This document shows, piece by piece, positions 13,086 to 27,595 of a DNA stretch of 55,764 nucleotides. The DNA comes from Octopus sinensis (Eukaryota). Location: the NCBI RefSeq assembly GCF_006345805.1, contig NW_021833694.1, forward strand, positions 1 through 55,764, given 5' to 3'. The position numbers and the translations under genes were made by a program. Position 1 is the stretch's first letter. Each line of letters opens with the position of its first letter. The notes beneath the pieces are model-generated. The model saw nothing but the letters and a program-made list of their open reading frames with translations. It searched no databases and had not been told where the DNA came from.

Positions 13086-14070
13086 GCGAACGTACTCAGA
13101 CAATCTAAAGTTTTTTGTGTATATCGAATAATAATAAATTGGTATGCGGATGCTCAAGTGAACAACTTAGGGAATTAGTACAGTCTTTAACCTCTAGTAC
13201 CTGCATCTGCTGTGTGACTCATGTGGCAAGTTACACAGGGTGAACTGGACGTCCCTAAACATTCGAGGCTATGTTTTACTTGAGATAACCCATGTACATG
13301 AAGGTTACAATATACTAAACACACATGCAGAGTAAACCACGTAGAATATCACTTTCATTCTTCTGCTAGTAGCAGAATAATTCAATCCTAGATGTCATTT
13401 AATAAATTGATGCTTCATCTTGATAGTAAGGTCGGACTTATATTTCGGAAAGATCTACAAAATTAACATCCACATCATGTGATATATTAGAATAATGATT
13501 GTCGATGTAGGTTTATGGACTAGTGAATGTCCATTACTTGAACATTTGCGCTATCAGCCCTATCGTAAGCATTTGAGACAATGATATTCCATTGTCTCAC
13601 ACCCTACCGATTTAACCAAGGAAAGAACACAATACATATTGTAAGTAAAACGACGGGATGATCATGACCGAAACGCCTCTGATCATAGCCTTGTCATCAG
13701 TGAACAACAAGCATTTTACAACCAACTGAAATATATTCTGTGAAAGGAGGAAATTCGTCGGGTTTGCATTTTAGTAACTAGAGAATGATGAGAGATATCG
13801 CCATCCCAATAATCGATCAAAAACTTATATGAGGCCATAGAATATTCAGATAAGTGGAGAAAACTTATTTAATTTCTGACGATAATTTGTCGGTGAGCAT
13901 TTGGTTCCAAGCAACCATAACACCCACCCCCCTTAACATAGCGGATCGGCAAAAGTGACCAATAAAATAACACATAGAAACATATAGACACACACACGCA
14001 CATATATATACATATATACGACGGGCTTCTTTAAGTTTCTGTCTACCAAATCACTCACAGGGCTTTACGC

Positions 14071-14105
<35 letters not shown>

Positions 14106-15337
14106 AACGTACATATTTGCACACATTCACATTCACATACACACACAGGTACACTTACACACACACACATACACGCACATATATTTGTTCGTGTTTGTGT
14201 ATGTATATATATCCCGATGCATTTTTATATAACCAGACATGATTACATATAACACCGCGTAGCAATTCTTGTCCTGAAATCCTAGATTGCCGCTCATATA
14301 ATGTTTACTCTGGCTTAGGTAGAATGCCAGTGGTTGTTGTTTTGTGGGGGAAGTGGTCAGTCGACTAATTGGACTTCAGCTCCTCTGAGAAATGAAATGC
14401 AAAGGGGACTTCGGCGGGAAAGGAACTCAGAACGCGAATTACCGACAGAAGCGCTGCAAAGCAATTTGTAAAGTTGTGTACAGGCATTGTGTACAGGCAT
14501 TGCCGACTATTTTGCTTGGATATTCTTGTTTAATATTATATTTTTAATTTAAGCTCTATACTTTTTAACTGTACAACTTATTTTTTCATTCGAAAGTCCT
14601 GCGGGGATGGGAAGATGGCGAAGCATTCAGATCTGAGGTGGTGGAAGCATGTATTTAGTGGTCTACACACAAGTGTCCTATGGGTTTTTGGTTGCATGTG
14701 TGCTGAAGCAGTTGAATTCATGGAAAATCCTGCTCACCTAGAGACCGGAGACAATGCTATATAACTAAATGGTTGTGAAGATGACGACTGGATGTCCTCT
14801 GACCATAGCTTTACTCAATCAGGAAACATTGGCTTGTGACGCAGATATGTTTACAATGTTTTCCATCAAACACCTGGAGATACCTGCGAAATCTCTTTCC
14901 AATCACACACTCTTATTTTAGACAATGGAGGACATGGTTGCTAATGTTTGAATAAAAATAATTAGTAGGGTATAATTGGAATGCCTTTGTGCAAAATTAC
15001 GATCAGTCAGGGCAAACAACAACGTCGACAACAACACCCTAAGTAAAACACAAAAAAACAAACAAAGATATGTACCTAAAATTGGCCTCGTTCTCAGACT
15101 GTATCACCACATCAAACAACGCAATTTTCTGCGTCAGACTTTCTATCATTACATGATACAACGCCATATCGTTAGCTGACAAGAGACATCACTTAGGAGT
15201 AACGCTCAGATTTTTCTCGGGATCCATGTAAATTCAGTGGGTGTTGCTTCGGGAAAATGCCTAGTAAATAAGAAGGATTCTGGGATACTGTCCCACCTAT
15301 GTCATATAACATGTTAAATAATATAATTGGTGTCCAA

Positions 15338-15475
15338 GGCGAATGACCACGCTGTTAACGGTGTTACATTCGCGATAGCGAGATCGCGGTTTCAATTCCC
15401 GTAAAGGGAATTGTATTGCGTTCTTAAGCAAATCACCTCATCTTATATTACTTTGCGTCGTGTAGAAATGGTGAA
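15338..15475 (+). mobile_element. Highly decayed tRNA-headed SINE-like fragment (third type)
   Basis: Degenerate B box (GGTTTCAATTCCC) followed by GCGTTCTTAAGCAAATCACCTCATCTTATATT. Paralogs at ~26480, 38662 and 53090; diverged paralogs at ~5450, 10110, 24490, 33650 and 45380. Confidence 0.45.
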
Positions 15476-16140
15476 TTTCTTAAAAATGGATTTATTTTCC
15501 GGATATTAAAGTACAGCGAATAACATACATCGACAGAAGATACTGACACTGCCGTTAAAAAAACACATAACGGGTTATAAAAAATGTGTACTTCGGTCAG
15601 TATTCTTATCCGATACAAGCCGGAGAATGAGACAATAAACTTTCACGATGAAATAGAATATTCAGATAAGTGGATAAACCTTTTCTAATTTCTGTAAAAA
15701 ATTAAAACTGAAGTCATATTTGGAGCCGACATTGTAAATGTAAATCAATTTTTGCTACTTTCCTGTAAATATTTAAAATTGATATTTATACACACACATA
15801 TCTACACTGGCGAGATTAAATTTAAGACCGTTGATAATAATCCTATTTCTCACAAAATATTTTGTTACTAACACCATACAAATTATTTCTAACTTTTACA
15901 CTTTATGGAGACTTTATTTCTCTTTGGAATGATGCAGACAATAACTAATTTTATACAACTTGAAGAATGCATGAAAGTACTAGTTCAATCAGAGTGGATA
16001 TTTGATATTCTATCGCTTCATTATGTTATCTTATCTTATCATATATTATTATAGGATTATAAATAAATCATGAAAATCAAACTTGGAATTTCTTTCAGTA
16101 ATATATTCTCCTATACACAATCATACATACCTGTGTATAA

Positions 16141-16232
<92 letters not shown>

Positions 16233-16233
16233 G

Positions 16234-16289
<56 letters not shown>

Positions 16290-16424
16290 ATATGTATATA
16301 AGGATATTATTGCTTACAATATTATCAAGTGGCAAGCATGCGTAAAAAAATGCCATAAGGTAAGGCATCATTAACTAATGATTAAAGTTCCTACAAGCAG
16401 CACCAGCACACTAAAAATAGCATT

Positions 16425-16427
<3 letters not shown>

Positions 16428-16466
<39 letters not shown>

Positions 16467-16570
16467 AGAGAGAAAGTCAGAAAGAGAGAAAAAGAGAGAG
16501 AAAATGAAAGTGTGGAACAGAGAGAGAGGGAAAGAAAAAAGAAAGAAAGAGAGAAAGAGAGAGAGAGAGA
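16428..16570. repeat. Purine-rich (GA)n/(GAAA)n low-complexity tract
   Basis: Direct reading; paralogs at ~1188-1303, 39682-39810 and 54100-54230. Confidence 0.9.
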
Positions 16571-16658
16571 CAATTCGAAAAATAATTAGACAGATAAACA
16601 AACAGAAACTTCAATACATAGATTGAAACACACACATACACACACACATACTCACACA

Positions 16659-16704
<46 letters not shown>

Positions 16705-16819
16705 TACTTATATAAATGGTAAAAAAAATAAGGCTCTCTTTCCTCAGTCAAGTCCCACAAGTCACGACCATCTCGGGCAGTAACACTTGGGAAGGTTCGA
16801 TCTGGTTGCCCCCCACTAA

Positions 16820-16919
<100 letters not shown>

Positions 16920-16997
16920 CATCTTTTATCCTTACATTTCCACGTGTATTTTATATTTTCTTTCTTTAACATATTTCTACTATGCTTATATATATAT

Positions 16998-17090
<93 letters not shown>

Positions 17091-17373
17091 ATATACATAT
17101 ATATACACACACACACACAACATATAAGTGAGTTGTGTATGTGCGTGTATTCATTCAAACAAGTACTAAAATATATAGCTGCACCAAGTGGGAAATTCCG
17201 TTTGTACAATTGTTCCGAGTATAAATTATTTGATAAACAAACCATTTGACAAACAGTAGAAAAGTAGACATTCAAGATAAATTTTAATACAGAATAAGCA
17301 GGATAAGAAGAAAAAGGCGTAGCAGAGTGTCTTTGAGGAGATCACAGTATTTGAGACGAAAGAATTTATACTA

Positions 17374-17430
<57 letters not shown>

Positions 17431-18924
17431 GTCAAACAATTCAGTGACGACATCAGAATGCAATTCGGCCTCGATAAATGTGCAATGGCTACCTTTATCA
17501 AAGGAAAAATGACAGAAACATCTAACGTTAACCTTGACCAACAGAATGTCATAAAAGAACTAGACCCAGTGGAGAGCTACAAGTACCTAGGGGTAATTGA
17601 AGGGAACGGAATAAGGCATTCAGAGATGAAGGAAAGGATCAGGAGAGAATGCTATCGAAGAGTGAGAGCAATACTCAAGACAGAGCTGAATGCAAGAAAC
17701 AGGATCGAAGCGATCAATGCATTAGCTATACCAGTCGTGACTTACAGTTTCAATATTGTTAACTGGTCAATTACTGAAATATGTCAGCTCGACAGAAAAA
17801 TAAGGAAACTGTTGACAATGCATAGAATGCACCACCCTAAGGCAGATACAGAACGACTCTATCTGCCAAGAAAAGAGGGAGGCCGTGGTCTTTTGCAACT
17901 GGCAATAACAATGAAGATTGCTACAATTGGCCTAGACACCTACCTGAAAAACTCTGAGGACTGGATGCTAAAACTTGTCTCAAAACATGAAAACAAGAAA
18001 GCATCATACTCAGTCACAAAACAGGCAAAGGAATATCTAAGTGAATTCCGAATACAACCAATTTCGGAATTAGAGATAGATATACAAGAAACAAGCACAG
18101 AAAAAGCTAGGCGCATGAAAACCCGTGCCAAAACTGCGGCCTTAGATATTCTGAATAATAAATGGCAAGAAAAACCTCTCTATGGCAAATACCCAAGAGA
18201 GCGAATAATGCAGATATCGACAAAGCCCTGACCCATCAATGGCTAATGGTCTCTGGCTTAAAATCTGAAACAGAGGGGTTTATCATAGCAGCTCAAGATC
18301 AATGCCTACCAACAAGAAACTACCAGGCCAACATATTAAAGATCAGAAGCAGTCCAACGTGTCGTGTATGCAAGCAACAAAATGAAACCATTGACCATGT
18401 GGTCTCCAAGTGCAGTCTTCTAGCGCCTACAGAGTATCTCAACAGGCACGATAGAGCTGCACAATATATTCACTGGGTAATCTGTAAAAACCTGGATTTG
18501 CCCCATGAAAAAAACTGGTGGGAACACAACCACCCCCAGTGCTTGAAAATGACCACATCTCACTCCTCTGGAACTTCACCATTCAAACTGACAGGAAGAT
18601 AGATGCAAATAGGCCAGACATCATATTGAAAAACTTCAAACAAAGAACATGCCTCCTCATTGATATGACTGTCCCAATCGATATAAACGTATCTGTCAAG
18701 ACCTACCAAAAACTGAGCAAATATAAAGATCTTGAAATAGAAATCAGCAAAATGTGGAAGCTGAAGACTAAAACAATACCTGTTGTCATAGGTGCCCTGG
18801 GAATGATAGCAAAAGGGGCTGATAGCTACCTAATCAGATACCAGGAAACCCCAAAATGGCAGAAGTTCAAAAGATAGTGCTCATGGGAACTGCTCATATC
18901 CTACGCAAAATACTCTCTATGTAA
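17431..18924 (+). pseudogene. Partial R4/Dong-type ORF (RT C-terminal half, zinc knuckle, REL endonuclease), broken by about 3 frameshifts
   Basis: ORFs 17458-18231, 18162-18602 and 18518-18877 join into one continuous protein across shifts near 18195, 18530 and 18830. It ends ..VQKIVLMGTAHILRKILSM with TAA at 18922-18924. Confidence 0.85.
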
Positions 18925-19140
18925 TCTCAAGGTTTAAAGCAAACATAATTTTCGGTTTAAAAAAAAAAAAAAAAAACCTTTTTTTTTTTAGACATTCATT
19001 AGTACAACATCCCCACCCCCCAAATATAGGGCACACTAGGCATAACAACAACATGAACATCCAACCCTGTTGTCTCTTGAGGTCTCTGGGTGAGACTTGG
19101 AGACAACTTGTACAAATATAAAGCAAAAGTCAAACATAGA
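17431..19140 (+). mobile_element. 5'-truncated non-LTR retrotransposon, R4/Dong clade (RT + CCHC knuckle + restriction-like endonuclease), inserted in (TAA)n
   Basis: The translation starts in the late RT (IVKQFSDDIRMQFGLDKC..YKYLGV) and continues through the thumb (HHPKADTERLYLPRKEGGRGL), LKSETEGFIIAAQDQ, the CCHC motif CRVCKQQNETIDHVVSKC and the PD-(D/E)xK endonuclease RPDII..LIDMTVP..KLSKYKDL. A 3' UTR runs into (TAA)n, and (TAA)n flanks both sides. Paralogous sites at ~2050, ~28060, ~40530 and ~55000 are empty. Confidence 0.93.
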
Positions 19141-19382
19141 ATAATAATAATAACAATAATAATAGTCGTTCCTACTATAAGCACAAAGCCTGACATATTC
19201 TTGGATGGGGGGAGTTAGTCGATTACATAGCCCCTAGTACTCAACTGGTATTTAATTTATAGACCTCGAAATGTTGAAATGTGAAGTTGACCTCGGGGGA
19301 TTTGAACTCAGAAACTAATGATGGATGAAATACTACCAAGCATTTTGCCCGGCGTGCTAACGATTCTGCCAGCTAAACCTCA

Positions 19383-19427
<45 letters not shown>

Positions 19428-22400
19428 CCTGTCTAATGGAAGCACAAGGACAAGTCCATTACATCGATCACGGTGTGTAACTGGTACTTAATTTATCGTC
19501 TCCGAAAGGGTGAAGGGCAAAGTCGATCTAAGCGGAATTTGAACTCAGAATGTAGTGAGAGACGAAATACTTATCTCTTTACTACCCACAAGGGGCTAAA
19601 CACAGAGAGGACAAACAAGGACAGACACGCTGATTAAGTCGATTATATCGCCTCCAGTGCGTAACTGGTACTTATTTAATCGACAACAAAAGGATGAAAG
19701 GCAATATCGACCTCGGTGGAATTGGACTCGGTGGAATTTGAACTCAGAACGTAACCGCAGACGAAATACTTCTAAGCGTTTCCCCCGGCGTACCAACAAC
19801 AACAACAACAACAACAACAATAAAGTGAATATCAAATATATATTGCGCGTGTTTCATTGGCAACAGACGACCATCTCCAAATAGAAGAATTTCTGTTTTA
19901 ACACCCAATTTCAAAAATGCATGACCGTAATAATATTAAATATTAAGTAGAAATATTCCGCCGAGGCTGTCTTGGCCTTTTATCCTTTCGGGGTCGATGA
20001 AATCAATATCAGTTATGTACTGGGGTCGATGTAATCAACTTACTCTCTCCCCCGAATTTGCTGGTGTTGTGCCAAAATTTGAAATCAATGTGTAGGAGAA
20101 ATAAAACAAAACACAGCATCACTCACTAATGGACACCATGTTAATGGTTTTAACAAATTATAAAGTGAACGGCTTAGAGAGTGTTTCATCTTTATGCGTG
20201 TTTCCTTGGATTGAATCTGTGTAGGTGGGCATGTTTAGGCGCGGCTGTGTGGTAAGACGCTTGCTTCCAGATCTGGTTTCGGGTTCAGTTCCACTGCGTG
20301 GCACACTGCGCACATGTCTTCTACCGTAGCCATTGGACTCTCAAAATCCTCAGGAGTGGATTTGGTAGATGGAAACGGAAAGAAGCCCGTCGTGACTATT
20401 CTTTTACTTGTTTCAGTCATTTGACTGCGGCCATGTTGGAGCTCCGCCTTTAGTCGAACAAATCGACCCTAAGACTTAATCTTTGTAAGCCTATTACTTT
20501 TTCTATCAGTTTCCTTTCCAGAACCGCTAGGTTACAGGGACGTAAGCACACCAACATCGGTTGTCAAGGGATGGTGGAGGGACAAATATAGACACACAAA
20601 TACACACACATAGGACGGGCTTATTTGTGTTTCCATCTATGAAATCCACTCAAAAGGCTTTGGTCGGCCCTAGGCTATAGTAGAAGACACTCAGCCAAGG
20701 TGTCTGGCAATGGGACTGAACCCGGAACCATGTGTTTCTTACTCTACGGACACTCCTATGCCTATATATGTCTGTCTGTATGTATCAGTGTGTGCGTGTG
20801 TCTCTGTGTACGTGTTTGTCCCACCGCTTGACGGCCTGTGTTGGTGTGATTACATTCCGTTAACTTATCGGTTCACCAATATACTCCAATAAAATAAGTA
20901 CAAGGCTTAAAACATTAAGTACTGAGGTCAATTAGTTCGACTCAAAACTTCTCAAACCAGTGGCATCTCTATATATGCACATAATCCTTTCCAAGCCATT
21001 TTCGTTAAAGGAATTGTTCGTTACCCGAGTAATTGAAATACATACAAATAGAAGAAATGTGTTCCATGCCCTCCCCAAAGCCACATAAAAGTGTATATTA
21101 TACCTTAGCGTTGATACAAAAGAAAATCATGTAAAAGGCCGTATGTAATGTGACTGCTCAGTTTGGTTTACAACTAAAACACCGGCTGAAACAGAAAAAT
21201 GTGGTGGAGAAATTGCGTATCAAAGGTGATATGAAGTGGTTGATCATTGAGCGGAGGGACATAAATTATAACAGATAATGATCAAGCAAAATATTTAGCG
21301 TTATTCAAGAACATTCATTTTATAATTTATAATATAAGTGTGGGTGGAGGAGTAGCTGTTTAGTAAGTAGAGTGCTTACTAACCACATGGTTCGGGGTTC
21401 AGTCCCATTGCGTGGCGTCTTGGTAAATGCGTTTCTACTATAACCTCGGGCGACCAAAGCCTTGTTAGTGGATCTGGAAGACGGAAACTGAAAGAAGCCC
21501 ATCATGAGGATGTGTGTGTGAGTTTGTGTGTCTGTGTTTGTCCCCGACCATCGCTTGACAACCGATGTTGGTGAGTTTACGTCCCCGTAATTTAGTGGTT
21601 CAGCAAAGAAGACTCATAGAATAAGTACAAGGCTTACAAATAATAAGTTCGATTAAAAAGGTGGTGCTACAGCATGGCCGCAGTAAAATGGCTGAAACAA
21701 ATAAAAGAACTGTGCAGAGTGGTTACAAGTATGCACAAAGTCTCTTATAGCTGTTTCTAGAATACTAAGCATGTTATTGAGTAAAGAATTCATCTGAGCA
21801 AATTATTCCGTTATTGAGAAAGAAGTAGAAAATGCAGAAATGCATAATATCCTTTATCGAGGATATTATTCGTTACCAGTCTTTTGGGAAACCATGGAGT
21901 TCCAGATAAATGTGTTTGGTATTTTCGTGATCGAAGAGTTAGTAAAGTTTCCAGGTAAGTCCCTGGCAAAGGATAATGGAAGTTAACAGTTGCATCTTTG
22001 AATAGAAAGTGAATCAGTTTTGTAAGGCCTTGGAAGAGTCTATTATTAGGCGAATGAGAAATACATGAGAGTATATAGAGATTAGTCTATATAGTGAGGG
22101 TGTGTTTGACTTGGGGGTTAAGGGGATGCATGTATACACATACATGCATACGGACAGAGACATACATATATACACACGCACTAACATATGCACACACAGA
22201 CGCACACACACATACATGCAGTGGCATATCCCATTGATATACACGCAGTCAGATACACACAAATTACGCGGCCATACATACACATGCATACGTATGAGTT
22301 TAGAGATGGACAGATAATGTATGTTTGCACACACATACACACACACATACAAATTCTCGCATAGTCATCGTATATAAGTATAGAGAGTTAAATTAAATTA

Positions 22401-22444
22401 GGTCAGTAGAGGAGAGAGAGGAGAGGATTGTTTAGTAATTAAGG

Positions 22445-23960
22445 ATGAGAAAAAGCAGATGTATAAACACCTGTCGCCTCATTGTATATTTGACTACCAA
22501 TGTGGGCCAGAGTGATTAAATCGCCAAACTGGAAATACACAGGACTGGATAGGGTACTAGGTTATTGGCTGAAAATTTCCCCATCACTACACAGAAGAAT
22601 AGTTAAGCAAATATATAAACTATCAACAACGGAGTACAAATCCCAAAGAGGCTGACCACATTAAAACAATTCTTTGCCAAAAGAATCCAACTAAGCAATA
22701 CAGTGGATAATTGCCGCCGCCTATCACCTGTCTGCCCCTCATGTGGAAGTTGTTGAAAGGAATAAAATCTAATTAGGTGTATAATTTCCAGGAAATAAAT
22801 TACAAAGAGCCAGTGGAACAGAAAGGGTACAGAAAGAGACAGTTACAGACTAATATGGTTTCAGAAAGGAAAATGAAACGGGAGACACAGTTTGTAAGCA
22901 ACTGCACACGGTCAGGCATTCATAACTAACTAGATAAAAGCAAAATAGACATGATGCAACACTCACGGATAAGTAAATGTTTGAGTATATTCAGTATTGC
23001 AGACAATACCAGAGACTTAATTAGTTACAGCAATAGTGCAAGAATCGGAAACAGGTGACACTGCCTTAGGAATGTTAATATCGGGCGAGGAATTCTCCAG
23101 GGAGACACGTTATCCCCATTAATATATGTGTTATGCTTAACTGTCGTCAGTTTAGTACTAAGAAAGGCAAAAGCAGGGTATCAGTTCAGAGATGATAAAG
23201 GGAATATTAATCATTTGCTCAAGATGGACGATTAGAAGCCTTTTGGTTCCTTAATACGAATTAGAAGACTCTGCAGCAAAGATATAGGCATGGAATTTGG
23301 CATAGATATGTGCGCAACATCAGTCATAAAAAAGGGACAGGTAGTCAGCAGTGAAGGCCAGATAGCAAGAGAGTAAAATCACTGAAGGAAGAGAATCATA
23401 AGTGCTTCGGAGTATTAGAATCTGACAGTGTACTAACAATAGAAATAAAAACAAAAATAGATAAGGAGTACATCGGAAGGGTGAAGAAGCTAATGAAGGG
23501 AAAGCTAAGTGTTCTAAATCTAGTAAAATCTTTGGGAAGTATGGTTACTTCGGTTTTCAGCAGAATTTGTTGATTTGAAAAATCTGAATTACCAAAATCT
23601 AGACAGAAAACAAGGAAGGAATTCAATATGAATGGAGGACTTCAGCCTCGATTAGGAAGAGCAACAATGCACTTACTTAGAATAAGGAAGTGGAAGAGTT
23701 TAATATAACCAGAAGGTAGCGTAGAGTTAGCCAGAGTTGATGTATATAATAGTGAAGAAAATCTATGATTTGCAAGAGTTATAGTAGCAGATAGGAAAGA
23801 AAACGCCATATGAAATTAAAACCAGAAAAATAAGGGGAAAACTGACATGAGAATGTTTTGCATGGTCGATTGGCAAAGATAGTTGCAGGAAATAGTAATA
23901 TTGAGACATGGTTATGGTTGCTGAAAGGAATCTGAAAAGGGAGACAGAGTTTCTAAGCAA
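22445..23960 (+). mobile_element. Decayed R4/Dong-type LINE fossil (copy 2)
   Basis: Paralog of 8380-9570 that also keeps the RT core: RGILQGDTLSPLIYVLCL (~23085-23140) and INHLLKMDD (~23205-23232). Confidence 0.85.
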
Positions 23961-25317
23961 CATCTTGATAGTGAGTTCGGACTTATATTTCGGAGATATC
24001 TATGAAAATTAACATCCACATCATCTGATGTCATACAATAATTATTGTAGATGTAGGTTTCAGGACTAATGAATGCCTATTACTGGATCATTTGCGCTAT
24101 CAGCCCTGTCGTAAGCATGTGAGACAATGATATTCCATTGTCTCACACCCTACCGTTTTAACAACGGAAAGAACACAACACACTTTGCGATGTAAGAAAT
24201 CGACGGATGATCATAACCGAAACGCCTATGATCATATTCTTGTCATCAGTGAACAACAAGCATTCTTTACAAGCAACTGAAATATATTCTGGGAAACGAG
24301 GAAAATTCGTCGGGTTGCATTTTAGTAACTCGAGAGATGAGGTCGTATCTTTGAGCAGATATGGCCATCCCAATAATCGATAAAAACAATGGTGTTTGTT
24401 TTAGAAAAGCGTCAAGTAGATAAGAATGGGTGTTGCCAGGACATATGAAAAATAAAATTTTGGTAATATAATAGAAGTCGAGGACACATGAAACCGTGGT
24501 TAAGGGTGCTACACACGATAACAAGCTCGTGATTTCAAATACAGGACCGAGAGATGTATGGCGCGCAAGACACTTCATCTCATGCTACACAGCGACTATT
24601 TCAACACTTGACGTGTAGGAATGGTGACTAGCTGGAAAATAGTTTTATTTTCCGGATATTAAAGAATTTCAGCCAATCACATATATCAAGGGAAAATACT
24701 GCCACTCTCGTTTAAAAAAGAAAGGAGAATTATTACAACAGGGTATTTCATTCAGTATGCTTATCGGATAGCACCTGGAACGTTGGACAAAATAGAATAT
24801 TTAGATAGTGGATAAAATTGATTTAATTTCTGGTAAAAATCCAAACTGAAGTAATATTTGGAGCCGGCGTTATAAAGGTAAATAATTTTCTTACTTTTCT
24901 TTTAGATTTTACCTTTATATATACACACACATATATGATTTTATTTTTTCCCCTCTCTCTCTCATCTTTCTATAAATATGAGACTTAATAAATAACGTTG
25001 TTCCTGACGATCATTTATTGGGTCGGAGCATTTGGTTCCAAGCAACAATAACATAGCGGATCGGCAAAAGTGACCAATAAAATCACACAAAACATATATA
25101 CATACACACACACACACACACACACACATTTATATATATATATATATACATATATACGAGGGGCTTCTTTCAGTTTCTGTTTACCAAATCACTCACAGGG
25201 CTTTGTCGACCCGAGGCTATAGTAAAAGACACTTGCCTAAAGTGCAACGCTGTGGGACTGAACCAGGAACCATGTGATTGGTAAACAGGCTACTTACCAC
25301 ACAGACACTCCAAAGCC

Positions 25318-25447
<130 letters not shown>

Positions 25448-27258
25448 CTATACTTATATTATATATATATATATACAAACGTACATAATGCACACATTCA
25501 CATGCACAAACATGCACAGGTACACTTACAAACACATGAAAGGCAAAGGGGACTTCGGTGGGAAAGGAACTCAGAACGAATAGCCTACCGACAGAAACGC
25601 TGAAAAGCAATTTGTAAATTTGTGTACAGGCATTGTGTACAGGCATTGCCGACTATTTTGCTTGGATATTCTTGTTTAATATTATATTTTTAATTTAAGC
25701 TCTATACTTTTAACGTACAACTTATTTTTTCATTCGAAAGTCCTGCGGGGATGGGAAGGTGACGAAGCATTCAGATCTGAGGTGGTGGAAGCATGTATTT
25801 AGTGGTATACAAGTGTCCTATGTGTTTTTTGGTTCATGTGTAGTACTTAGCATTGAATTCAGGGAAAACCCTGCTCACCTAGAGACCGAGACAATGCTAT
25901 ATAACTAAATGGATGGGAAGATGACAACTGGATGTCCTCTGATCATAGCTTTACTCAATCAGGAAACATTGGCTTGTGACGCAGATATGTTTATATGTTT
26001 TCCATCAAACACCTGGAAATAGCTGCGAAATCTCTTTCCAATCACACCTCTTATTTTACACAATGGAGGACATGGTTGCCAATGTTTGAATAAAAAATTA
26101 GTTGGTTATAGTTGGAATGCCTTTGTGCAAAATTACGATCAGTCAGGGCAAACAACAACGTCGACAACAACACCCTAAGTAAAACACACACAAAAAAAAA
26201 CAAAAAAATATGTACCTAAAATTGGCCTCGTTCTCAGGCTGTATCACCACATCAAACAACGCAATTTTCTGCGTCAGACTTCTATCATTACATTATACAA
26301 CGCCATATCGTTAGCTGACAAGAGACATCTCTTAGGAGTAACGCTCAGATCTTTTTCGGGATCCATGATATTCAATGGGTGTTGCTTCAGGAAACGCCTA
26401 GTAAATAAGAAGGATTTCTGGCATGCTGTCACGCCTACATATGTCATGTACCATGTTCAATAATATAATTGGTGTCCACGCTGCTAATGGTGCTGAATTC
26501 ACGATAGCGAGATCTCGGTTTCAATTCTCGTAAAGGGACTTGTATTGCGTTCTTAAGCAAAACACCTCATCTCATATTACTTTGCGTCGTGTAGGAATGG
26601 TGAATTTCTGGAAATTCCGGATATTAAGTTCAGCGAATCCATACATCGACAGAAAATACTGACACTGCCGTTAAAAACCCCACACATAACGGGTTATAAC
26701 AAATGTGTACTTCGGTCAGTATTCTTATCCGATACAAGTCGCAAAATGATACAATAAACTCTCATGAGGTAATAGAATATTCAGATAAGTGGATAAACCT
26801 TGTCTAATTTGTGTAAAAAATTAAAACTGAAGTCATATTTGGAGCCGGCATTATCGAGGTGAATCAATTTTTGCTACTTTCCTGTTAAGATTTAAAATTA
26901 ATATTTGTACACACACATATCTACGCTGGCGAAAGTAAATCTAAGACCGATGATAATAGTCCTACTTCTCACAAAATATTTTGTTACTAAGACCATACAA
27001 ATTACCTCTATCTTTTACAACTTATGCAGAATTCATTTCTCTTTCGAATGATGCAGACAATAACTATTTTTATACAACTTGAAGAATGCATGAAAGTACT
27101 TGTTCAATCAGAGTGGATATTTGATATTCTATCGCTTCATTATGTTATCTTATCTTATCATATATATTATATAAGATTGTAAATAAATCATAAAATCAAA
27201 GTTGGAATTTCTTTCAGTAATATATTCTTCTATACACAATCATACACACCTGTGTATA

Positions 27259-27299
<41 letters not shown>

Positions 27300-27514
27300 G
27301 GTAAAAGAAAACGCAATAGTGGCCAATAAATGATTCGGACAGATAGACAATAGAAAGCGGACAGGAGAAAAACGATTAGAAGGACAGGCAAAATAGACGG
27401 CTCATTCGTGGCTTTCTTTCCTCAGTCAAGTCCCACAAGACACGACCAACTCGGGCAGTTACACTTGAGACGGTTCGATCTGTTTGCCCCCACTAAAAGT
27501 CTCTCTCTCTCCAC

Positions 27515-27595
<81 letters not shown>

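Noticed and set aside
24158-24373. Minus-strand ORF with CLLFTDD resembling an RT FADD motif, or a hydrophobic receptor segment
   Set aside because: No flanking RT motifs are recognisable and the frame breaks differently in each paralog.
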